From assembly GCA_965198115.1 (NCBI GenBank), contig OZ240241.1:5888001-5952000 (forward strand): a stretch of DNA of 64,000 nt. Direction: 5' to 3'. Below are positions 53,834 to 62,409 of the stretch, one piece after another. Origin of the DNA: Candidatus Latescibacterota bacterium (lineage in GTDB: Bacteria; Latescibacterota; UBA2968). Below the pieces are notes generated by a model. It had not been told where the DNA came from, searched no databases, and worked only from the letters and a program-made list of their open reading frames with translations. The first letter of the stretch is position 1, and each line of letters opens with the position of its first letter. A program made the translations under genes and the position numbers.

Positions 53834-54718
53834 TCACCCCAGCAGATCGCCCAATGCCACATCGATCGTCCCGTGTCGAAACGTAAAGCCCGTTTCCTCG
53901 AGACGAGCAGGTAACACCCGTGAGCTCGCCAGTAGCAACGCATCGGCCATCTCGCCGAACGCCAGCCTCGCCGCGAATCCTGGCATCGGAAAGATCGTCG
54001 GTCGATGCAGAGCGCGTCCGAGTGCTTTGGTGAACTCTTTATTCGTCACCGGCTCGGGCGCCACCGTGTTAGCCGGTCCCGATAAGTCGGTCGTCAGCGC
54101 GTGTAGAACTGCGCTGGTCACATCCTCGATCGAGATCCAGCTCATATACTGGTTTCCATCCCCGATCTTCCCACCAACGCCCATTTTGAAGGGCGTCAAC
54201 ATCTTCGCCAAAGCACCCCCTTCGGTGCTCAACACGACGCCCAGTCTTAGATGAACGACCCGAACACCCGCTTCGATAGCGGGCCCTGCTGCGGCTTCCC
54301 ATTCCTTGCACACATCCGGAAGGAAACCCTCACCTGCCCCACTGACTTCTGTCAGTTCCGTATGGCCCCGATCGCCGTAGTACCCGATCGCCGATGCGCA
54401 GATCAATGTCGGTGGAGACTGCTCCATCGCCGCCATCGACTGGGCCACTGCCTCCGTGCCCTGCACCCGGCTCTCTCGAATCCGTTCCTTCTTCTCCGCC
54501 GTCCATCTGCCTTCCGCAATGTTTTCGCCGGCAAGGTGTACGACGGCATCGATACCCTGGAGTGCTCCAGACTCGATCCCTGACGCGGGGTTCCAGTGTC
54601 CCTCTCCCTCCCCCGGCGCCTCTCTGACGAGGCGGATGACCTCGTGATCGGCAGCCGTCAGGACCGGAACCAGAGCCGACCCAACAAGACCGGATGCACC
54701 CGTCACTGCGATTTTCAT
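53834..54718 (-). CDS. TIGR01777-family (YfcH-like) NAD-dependent epimerase
   Basis: VTGASGLVG, HLAGENIAEGRW, SAIGYYG, QYMSWI. Confidence 0.92.
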   Translation of the reverse strand: MKIAVTGASGLVGSALVPVLTAADHEVIRLVREAPGEGEGHWNPASGIESGALQGIDAVVHLAGENIAEGRWTAEKKERIRESRVQGTEAVAQSMAAMEQSPPTLICASAIGYYGDRGHTELTEVSGAGEGFLPDVCKEWEAAAGPAIEAGVRVVHLRLGVVLSTEGGALAKMLTPFKMGVGGKIGDGNQYMSWISIEDVTSAVLHALTTDLSGPANTVAPEPVTNKEFTKALGRALHRPTIFPMPGFAARLAFGEMADALLLASSRVLPARLEETGFTFRHGTIDVALGDLLG

Positions 54719-54840
54719 GCTTGCCTCCGTAGGAAGGATCCCTGATAGGAATAGGCCGAGAATTCAAATGCGGGCATTCGGAAAGAGATCTGACCGCATC
54801 CCACCGCTCTATTTGGTGAAACGAACTGCCACGCCCGCTC

Positions 54841-54874
54841 TCCGCCGCCGAAGCGGCGCAGCCGCGAAGGCGGA
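54841..54874. repeat. REP-like palindrome, same family as 2611 and 57753 in reverse orientation
   Basis: tccgcc-gccgaagcggcgcagccgcgaa-ggcgga. Confidence 0.5.
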
Positions 54875-54888
54875 TCGCTACTCGGATG

Positions 54889-55452
54889 TTACAGCTTCTC
54901 GATCGCGGCTTTCAACTCGGCCGGTTCGAAACCCCACGGCCCCCTCTCACCCGCATAGGCGATCAGACCCGCTCGATCGATCAGATACAACCGCTCCGGC
55001 CACGCGACTTAGGCTTTCATGACCGCATCATCCATCTCATCCACGTATGTCTTGATCCCATAGGCCATGGCTGCTTCGCAGTCCTCTGCAACCGCTCTTC
55101 GCTCTTCGATCGTCTTCGGGTCACTGATGTCTGGGCCCTTGCCTTCTCCCAGGTGCCATCCGTCGAGCGGATGGGCTTCCCGAATGTAGACAACCAGGAA
55201 CTCCACTTGCTCGTGATAGTCCCGGTAAAGATCCCGAAGGCTGACCGCCTCGCGAACGAAAGGTGGTCAGGTGAAACTCCCGAAAACCAGCGCCACCGAT
55301 CTTTTCCCCGCGAAATCCGACAATCTAACCCGGGACTTCCCGTGCGTATTACCCAATTCGAAATCAGGTGCGCTCTCACCGGCGCGAGGTGTCTGCGACT
55401 CGTGTTTTTCGTACCACACGTCGTATTCGTTCCGGTTCATGATAAACGCCAT
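54889..55452 (-). CDS. Iodothyronine deiodinase-like thioredoxin-fold selenoprotein (UGA=Sec at 55267-55269; extra TAA at 55009-55011)
   Basis: APDFEL...LVFGSFT-U-PPF...VYIREAHP-DGW...VDEMDD...A*VAWPERLY...GPWGF, all in one frame of 188 codons. Confidence 0.88.
55235..55252 (-). promoter_or_regulatory. Putative bacterial SECIS hairpin
   Basis: gaggc-GGTCA-gcctt; loop starts 20 nt after UGA and begins with G. Confidence 0.6.
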
Positions 55453-55460
55453 CCACGACC

Positions 55461-56018
55461 TCAGTCGCTTTTCGAATTGCTCTTCTGAAAGACGCCCAAC
55501 GCCGAATCCAATTGCTCTACGAAAAAGCCCCCGTCTTCGAGTGGGGCCAGCGTGGATTTAACCTCGCTGAATCGTTCCCTGGCTTCGACATCTTCGGGGC
55601 TCTCAACAAGATCCACAATGAGCGAATAACCTTCGGCCAGGCGTTGCCCGGATTCTGAACCCGTTCTCACCGAACGCGTGTGAAACGCCTCGAAATGCGT
55701 ACGTGCCGCTGCGTGGTCGCCAGCTGCAAGATAGTGCGCGCCCAAAAGCCAGTGCGCGTTCCCCATCGGTTCGTCCCCTCGCTCTTTCGCAAGATCCGGA
55801 TCAGCCGATTTCCGTCCCATCAACAAACCGTGTTGCAAACCGGCGCGTCCCAACGCCACCGACAAACCCAGATTCTTTTCCTCCCAGTAGAAGTGGCGCT
55901 GCAACTCGTTGTACAATTTGAGCGCCGCCACAGTGTCATCCTGTCCGTCGAGAAACTCGACGACCGAATAGACATCTCCCTCGCGCAGTCTTTCGAGCGC
56001 CTCCTCCTTCACCGACAT
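55461..56018 (-). CDS. Hypothetical alpha-helical (TPR-like) protein
   Basis: Open frame between the TauD and deiodinase genes on the same strand; AHWLLGAHYLAAG. Confidence 0.55.
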   Translation of the reverse strand: MSVKEEALERLREGDVYSVVEFLDGQDDTVAALKLYNELQRHFYWEEKNLGLSVALGRAGLQHGLLMGRKSADPDLAKERGDEPMGNAHWLLGAHYLAAGDHAAARTHFEAFHTRSVRTGSESGQRLAEGYSLIVDLVESPEDVEARERFSEVKSTLAPLEDGGFFVEQLDSALGVFQKSNSKSD

Positions 56019-56034
56019 TTCTTCCTCGGCCAAC

Positions 56035-57258
56035 TTAGTGGACATCGATGATTTCGCGGGGCGTTGTGCAGCCACCCGTGATATGCGCCTCGAGCCATTC
56101 AGGTTCGTCTTGACGCGGCAGTGTCAACGCCGGTTCACCCTTACAGCTCAACCGGTAGAGCAGCCGGGCGTCGACCAGCGCACGGATGTTCGACTTCACC
56201 GGTGGTGAATTGTGAAGGGTCATATAGTTGTCCCACAGTGTCACGTCTCCGGGGACGTGAAGATGGTCGTATCGGAATTCGGGCTTGAGCACGTACGCCT
56301 CGAGCCGGTCCAAGAATGTCCTCGAGTCATCCATCGTCATCCCATCCACCTCGACCGCTGGACGCACACGTGGACGCGAGGCCCAGATGGGACTGTGCAA
56401 TGACTTGATCCCGGATCGCGGGTTCGTACGCACCAGAGGAGCAAGCCAGCCTTCGTCGCCCTCGTTCAGACGTCGTCGGAGCTGCGTGCCCTCGAGCTCT
56501 TTCCGTTCGGATTCGGGTAGCGCCGCGAACGCCGCCGCCGTGTCGGCGAACGCCGTCTCCCCGTTCAACGGAAGGCGCTTGCGCAATCGGATCAGCTCGT
56601 CATCCGAGCCTTCCAGATACGGATGTGGATCACGGGTCGAATCAGGCTCCTCCACCCAGGACCCACCGGGCCCATCGCGCGCAACGGGAGACTTGTGGAC
56701 AAGGAACATCGACACGTAGATCGGCAGGGGCTCGTATTCGATATCCGTATGCCAGGATCCTCCCGGACCCACCTTCACAGGCTCCTTCTGCTTGGCCGAA
56801 TTTCCTCGAAAGTTGGAGACGATGAGCACCGTCGGTGATTCGTGCGGCAAACACTGCAGCTGATCGGGGAAGGCGGTGTTGACGTTGGCCACTCTGCGTT
56901 CCTCGAACGGGATCCACTCGATCGGACCGTCACTGTCACCATCGGACTGCGCCGGTTTGCCACCCCGAAGGAAGTTGTTGGGGTGGGGCACGGGCGCCCC
57001 CCAGTGGTTCGCGAAGCGCTCGAAGTGGGCGAGCGAAAACGTGTCGAGATCCTGCCCGGCAATGCTCACAATCCCGAATCGGCTCAAGGCGTCTAGCAGA
57101 AACGTGACTTGCTCAGGGCTCAATCGGGGGCGAAGATCGACACCGATGAAGCGTCGCCCAGCTCCGCTGGAAGCCAGTGGACCTTCACTGCAAGCATCGC
57201 CGCCAAAAAGGTCCTGCAGTCGTGTTTCCAGGTCCTGCTGTCCCATTTCTCGATTCAT
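56035..57258 (-). CDS. TauD/TfdA Fe/2OG dioxygenase with long insertions
   Basis: WHTDIEY, GETAFADT, PLVRTNP, GDVTLWDNYMTLH. Confidence 0.88.
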   Translation of the reverse strand: MNREMGQQDLETRLQDLFGGDACSEGPLASSGAGRRFIGVDLRPRLSPEQVTFLLDALSRFGIVSIAGQDLDTFSLAHFERFANHWGAPVPHPNNFLRGGKPAQSDGDSDGPIEWIPFEERRVANVNTAFPDQLQCLPHESPTVLIVSNFRGNSAKQKEPVKVGPGGSWHTDIEYEPLPIYVSMFLVHKSPVARDGPGGSWVEEPDSTRDPHPYLEGSDDELIRLRKRLPLNGETAFADTAAAFAALPESERKELEGTQLRRRLNEGDEGWLAPLVRTNPRSGIKSLHSPIWASRPRVRPAVEVDGMTMDDSRTFLDRLEAYVLKPEFRYDHLHVPGDVTLWDNYMTLHNSPPVKSNIRALVDARLLYRLSCKGEPALTLPRQDEPEWLEAHITGGCTTPREIIDVH

Positions 57259-57428
57259 AGCCCTACGTCCCATAGACACGGTGTCAGCGAAAGAAATCTA
57301 CGCACATAATAACACGATCCGTTCCGTCATCCACATGTCTGATCGCGATCTCAGGTCTGCAAACGAGATCGCCCGCCGTTCCGAAGGAACAACGGGCGTT
57401 TTCTATAAATCTCCGAAATGTTCGGTTG

Positions 57429-57669
57429 CTATTCAAAGTGTCTTCTGGCGAACGCACGTCCAGATCCTGATTTCAAATACTTCTCGAAATCTCGGGCCAT
57501 CTCCTGTGATTCGAAGGCGATGTACACTCTCAGCTTCCATGTCGGTACCGTGATGTGCTTTCACACTTGCCATCATTGTGTTGCTTGAATCTTTCCCCAA
57601 TGTCCCACGCATAGCCTCTATAGACTTTGCCGGATATGCTAAGCTCTCAAGGACATACACGTAGTGCAT
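57429..57669 (-). pseudogene. Stand-alone GIY-YIG nuclease, two frameshifts
   Basis: Restored: MHYVYVLES...YRGY..D..ERFKQHNDG...TSRYR.WKL..YIAF...A..FEKYLKSGSGRAFARRHF. Confidence 0.85.
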
Positions 57670-57752
57670 TCCCTGCCTGATCGACTATGGACTCGAAGGC
57701 ATGTGCCAGAGTTTAATTAGATTCAGCCGACCGTGCCAGGTGAGAACAGAAA

Positions 57753-57860
57753 TGCCCGCCGTCGCCCAAGGGCTATGGCGGGCACCAGCCTTCGCTTGTT
57801 CACTATTTTTCCTCACTGGCCTGCCAGCCATAGCTCGCCGACAGGCGAGCGTAAGGCTGG
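57753..57860. repeat. Pair of REP-like palindromes upstream of the GIY-YIG gene
   Basis: tgcccgcc-gtcgccc-aa-gggctat-ggcgggca-ccagccttcgct and ccagccatagctcgcc...ggcgagcgtaaggctgg. Confidence 0.65.
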
Positions 57861-57957
57861 TGGAGGCGTGCGGCGCCACCCAAAATGTCTGTAACATGCT
57901 GTGACCGTGTGCATCAAGGCAGACAAATCGCCGAAGATACCCCCAAAACTACCCCCA
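57858..57957 (-). other. Probable att junction: tRNA/tmRNA 3'-end remnant plus integrase arm-type repeats
   Basis: Minus strand CGCCTCCACCA (57858-57868); direct repeat tacccccaaaactaccccca at about 57938-57957. Confidence 0.5.
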
Positions 57958-57999
57958 TTTTGGAGGCGCTGCCAACGGGCGGGGGGTCACCCTGAACCC

Positions 58000-58673
58000 T
58001 CAACCGGCGCCGAGTCCCCCGGCACCACGGCGAGTACTGGATGTCGCTGTAGGTGACACGCACGTAGCGCGGGCTTCGACCCGTTTCGTTATGGAGGTGC
58101 CGAAGCGAACGCGCGGACGCTCAGCAAAAAAGTGCGGCGTGAGAACACCGGTGAAGAGTTGATGCATGCTCGTAACGGGATCGCACACCGCCATGGCGCC
58201 CAGCGTATCGCCGTGATACGCACCGCGTAAGGCTACCATCTTCTGTTTGTCAGATTTTCCACGCGCGGCTTGATACTGGATCGCCGCCATCTTCATAGCA
58301 ACTTCGACAGCTACCGAACCGGAATCCGAAAAAAAGACGGCATTGAGCCCTGGGGGTGCTATCTGGATGAGTCTTTCGGCCAGCCGGATCCCGGGTTCGT
58401 GTGTAAGCCCGCCGAACATGACGTGGGACATGTAAACAAGTTGGTCTTCGATGACTCGATTCAGAACAGGATGATTGTAGCCATGGATGGCGCACCACCA
58501 GGACGACATGCCGTCGATGAGTTCTTTTCCGTCGGCGAGGCGCAGCCGAACGCCTTCGGCGGAAACAACAGGAAAAAACGGGGGTTTTTCCCCGGTATCG
58601 CCGCCGAGTATGGATGCCGCCAGACCTGCGCGCGGTCTGCAGCCAGCAGTTCCTTCCAATGCGTATCCGGCAT
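58000..58673 (-). pseudogene. bioA: Adenosylmethionine-8-amino-7-oxononanoate aminotransferase N-terminal fragment
   Basis: DRAQVW-HPY, IDGMSSWWCAIHGYNHP, HVMFGGLTH, SGSVAVEVAMK, AYHGDT. Frameshifted and truncated before the PLP lysine. Confidence 0.9.
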
Positions 58674-58789
58674 GTTTCCTCATGCGACGACTTCCTGAAA
58701 TCTTTAAGCAAATCCAGGGTTACTTCCCACGCGGCCGTGTTACTGCCTGTGGTGAGTTAACACGCCCTGCCCGCCGTGCTTGCGCGCAG

Positions 58790-59030
58790 GCCCTTCCAGG
58801 TGTGCACATGGCGATCAGCACTAGCGCGAAAGGGAGGGCGGTGGCGAGGATGGCCGCCTGCGCAGCCACGAGGCCGCCTCCGAGCAGCAACCACCAGCAC
58901 GAACGCCAGCAGCAGCAGGGCGAGCAGCAGGTTGGCTTCGCACAGCCGCTTGATCCCCTTGTCCATCCCGCTGACAACCGACGCCAGCGCCATGCCGGTG
59001 ATGCCGATGATCAGCAGCACTTGGGTGGTT
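58790..59030 (-). pseudogene. BCCT (BetT-like) transporter remnant with a large internal deletion
   Basis: SVVSGMDKGIKRL--ANL joined to GGL-A-QAAILATALPF. Confidence 0.7.
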
Positions 59031-59097
59031 GTCGGTCGCCGGCACGGGCGCTTATCGTGGGCTTTGTCCGGGTACACCTGACGCCAGGAGAGCCACC

Positions 59098-59152
59098 AGC
59101 GAAGGCACGGTAGGTGAGCCATAGGTACAGGTCGAGTCCCAGGGCGCAGCGT
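59098..59152 (-). pseudogene. Tiny plasmid RepA (RepA_C/IncW-like) remnant
   Basis: Minus frame RCALGLDLYLWLTYRAF resembles the conserved SPLxLDLYxWLTYR segment. Confidence 0.45.
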
Positions 59153-59902
59153 TGAGCGCTGGCCGTGGTGTAGTTCAGTCGAGCAGAGCAAGATCGCTCG
59201 AACCCGATCTTCGGTGCCGATCACAGTCTGCTACCCCCACCCGCGGGGGTAGTTGGAAGACACCCTCTCGCGTTCGGGTAGAGGAATCAGCTCCTTGAAG
59301 AGGTCCCAACTCGCTTTTAGGGGGTTCACTACGGGGGGAATCCGGATATCAGCACCCGGACTATACTCGATCTGCATTTTGGATGCAAGCACTCGACCAA
59401 GATCAAAACCGGCACTCGATGGAATGGATCACCCACTCTCTCGTTGCAACGTTGAAGCGGCGATGTCAGGCGGCTGGCGATCCCGTGGCTACCTTGACGA
59501 TATAGGCGAGTGTAGTGATACTTGCACTATTGATCGGGACCCGTAGGATTCGGAGTGCATTCGTGCTACGCTCTTTTGTTGTTTTAGCAACATCGCGAGC
59601 GTCTCGCGAAGCATCCACACACGTTGACGGATGTCGTGCTTCTGTCTAGCGATGCGCGGATGGGTAAGCTGACTCACGAGGAAGAGAAAACGGCACGATC
59701 GGTAATCGCAGAATGGCGTGAGTTCTATGGCTTCGGGACGAAAAGAGAGCATAGAAAAAAGACCACGGGAAGCGCCAGACATTCATTGAACTCCTCTCAG
59801 AAGAAAAGATGAATCCAGAGGAAGCAATGAGACGACTCAAGAGGTCCGTTGCCTCGAGTATGACGATGAGGGGAATTTGGTGCGGATCTACTGGACCGAC
59901 CA

Positions 59903-60970
59903 TTATGGAGGAGGATTCCTCTGGATTGCGGCGGATAGGTAGTCGATAAGTTCTGGATGTGAGGAAGAGGGATTAAGATCCTGGGTTTCTTCCGGCTTTG
60001 CTGATCGAATGCAGTGATCAACCTGAAGCTGTCCGATGGCTGGCGAAAGTTTGGCAGCATACTCATCTTGGGAAGAAGCGAAACGCAAGAAGTAGGCCAC
60101 ACTCCCCGCAAGGACATCTGTCAGTTGTAGGCCAGCATGGTCGTGCGAAGGCCTCATCCTTGTCTCGCTCACAGCCACTGGGAAACGACATGGAATATCG
60201 TTGATGATGAAATCCCTCTTCGGCAAGTGTGGATCTACAACAGCATCCCAGATCCGTCCTTGCTTAGCGAAGTTCCCTGATTCGTCATGGATGAGTACGA
60301 TGCGTCCATCATTCTGAGCCCTCCAAGCACCCATGAGGCAGAGGGTATTGCTTAGCGCGAGATCCAGACAGTCCGGCGATTGATCCAACAGTCTTGGTCC
60401 AAGGTTCGTCTGCCCTGCCCGCAGAAACATGAGCAGATCATCGAGCTCGGTCGGTGAAGTTCGGTTGTCAATGAGGGCAAAGAACCGCCTGTACTCTCGC
60501 AAGGTTCTCTTGCGCATCATCGCTTGAAAGCGAGTAAGGAGTTCTCGGAAGAACCTTCTGCCGCCGAATGCTGGGAGGCCGTAGTACATCAAGTTCGCCA
60601 GGACTACGTTTCCACCACCTGCGTAGAGATCGACGTCATCCGCGTGCGCGGCACTCTCAGCGACCAAATCGACCATCTTGGTTACAAGGGCGAATTGCTT
60701 GTCAGTCACTGACAGCTTGTAGCTGCGCGGATTGGATGCGATGTGGGAGATAAAGTCGGCCACCATAGCCTGTTGCGAGGGGCGTCGGCGGAGAGCAGAG
60801 TGCTTCAGTTCCGCTGCTTTCACGGCTGAAAAGAAGGTGTCCTTTATCCCTAAACATACTTCTTCGGTCAGATTCAGGGTAGCGAGCACGAATGCTGGTT
60901 GCTGTCCATTCAGCAAATCTGCGCCAGTGAATCCACACTCGTCGAGGAAGATCGATTCGTTTTTCGACAT
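59903..60970 (-). CDS. DUF3800-like (RNase H-like fold) protein
   Basis: IFLDECGFTG, ELKHS, IHDE, GLQLTDVLAG. Confidence 0.7.
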   Translation of the reverse strand: MSKNESIFLDECGFTGADLLNGQQPAFVLATLNLTEEVCLGIKDTFFSAVKAAELKHSALRRRPSQQAMVADFISHIASNPRSYKLSVTDKQFALVTKMVDLVAESAAHADDVDLYAGGGNVVLANLMYYGLPAFGGRRFFRELLTRFQAMMRKRTLREYRRFFALIDNRTSPTELDDLLMFLRAGQTNLGPRLLDQSPDCLDLALSNTLCLMGAWRAQNDGRIVLIHDESGNFAKQGRIWDAVVDPHLPKRDFIINDIPCRFPVAVSETRMRPSHDHAGLQLTDVLAGSVAYFLRFASSQDEYAAKLSPAIGQLQVDHCIRSAKPEETQDLNPSSSHPELIDYLSAAIQRNPPP

Positions 60971-61812
60971 TTGTCTGTGCGGCCAGGGACGGCAGCAGCC
61001 TTCAAAGCACCGCCATTGCAGGTAACGATCGGCGTGCCGGGCCGCCACTTGCTGATTGATCGAGCAGCGAAGCCGATTGCGGAAAACGAAGAACGGACGC
61101 GGATCTGTACGGGGTTGGGGTCGAGATGCTTGGGCTCGGGCACGTTTAGTTAGGCGTGGGGAACCCCTATGAAAAGAGCTCAGGGAACTTATTCTTTAGG
61201 ACTTTCGTTTCTTGGGCTCCAGAAGGCAGGAGCGCGCAGATCCCCTTGAGCTTCTCAAAATCTGTCATATTCCCCTGCATCTTGTAGTTCATCGCCAGCG
61301 TTGTCAGGATTCGCGTCAATGAACTGAGCTGTCGGTGATGAGCGACATTTAGAACTCCCACCCTCTACATTCCAAGCGTCGGATACGATCGGCTCGCGCC
61401 GGAGTATCTCAACATTCGATATTCGCCGCTCCGACTATGTAAGCCAGGCCCTTGCGGGCCGTATTCGCGTCTCCCTGACCGCAGAGGTACAGAGCGAGGA
61501 TCTCATCGCCCGAAACAATGCGCTGGAACAGTGTCAGGAAGTACCGGGTCTACGGTCGTTGCAAGGGGCTTGTCTCGTCGTCTTCCGTTCAATCGCCGAC
61601 TGGTTGGGATTCGGCGTGAAACATTCGGCTCTGCAGGGCGGCGGATTTCTGCTTGATTTTGCCTTCCTTCCCCAAGGCCCCCCAGAGCCGACAGGCGATC
61701 TGTCCCGCGTGCGGAAAAAGGTTGTCCGACGCGTGGTCTTCCAAGTGGGTGACAATGGCGTCGCCTACAAGGTTGGTTCCGACCAGTTCCACTTCAGGCC
61801 GCCAATAATGAC

Positions 61813-62125
61813 GTGAGTTGGGGCACATTGGAGAGGGGAGCTAAGCCTCTGGACGTTCTGATCATAGGCGCCGGTCCTGCCGGGTGCGCGACGGCCATCC
61901 GGGCGCGCCAAGCCGGGTTGGGTGTCGTCATGGTGGAGGCGAAGGAATCGCCGCGCCTCTCGCCCGGGGAGACGCTTCATCCGGGCATTGAGCCTTTGCT
62001 AAGTCAGATGAGTGTCCGTGATGAGGTCCTGAGGGCCGGTTTTCGGCGCCACCACGCCATCTGGTTCACGAAAGACGGTGTGCGCCAACTCACTCCATAC
62101 GGCGAAGACGAAAATGGCCCATGGC
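61813..62125 (+). pseudogene. FAD-dependent oxidoreductase (LodB/halogenase-like) N-terminal fragment
   Basis: DVLIIGAGPAG, PGETLHPG. Similarity ends at PYGEDENGPWL. Confidence 0.7.
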
Positions 62126-62409
62126 TAGACTTCCAGTCTGCGCACTTCGGCCTCGATCTCGGCTTCTTTCTTCTTCATCCGGCCGTAGGAAAGGTTCCCT
62201 TCCGGCTTGTAGACACGAAACCGAGTAGAAGTGCTCAACGGAAACCTCCAATTCAGAGTCGGAACCTTGATCGCACTTCTACAATACGAAATCTTCCTCC
62301 GGCTGGGTACTCCGACAGGCTCCTGGGAAGAAACCACAAGAACCGGGGCGCTGACGCGCTTCCTACACTCCGCTACGGCCCTGCGGGTGACTCCGCCCCT
62401 CCGCTGCGG

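Noticed and set aside
37723-55011. TAA recoding suggested by two in-frame TAA codons
   Set aside because: TAA ends normal genes here (5666, 33960, 41685); point mutation or error is simpler.
59161-59185. tRNA-like start ggccgtggtgtagttcagtc
   Set aside because: No anticodon or T arm follows.
62125-62337. Type I R-M specificity subunit fragment
   Set aside because: Only vague resemblance; too degraded to support.
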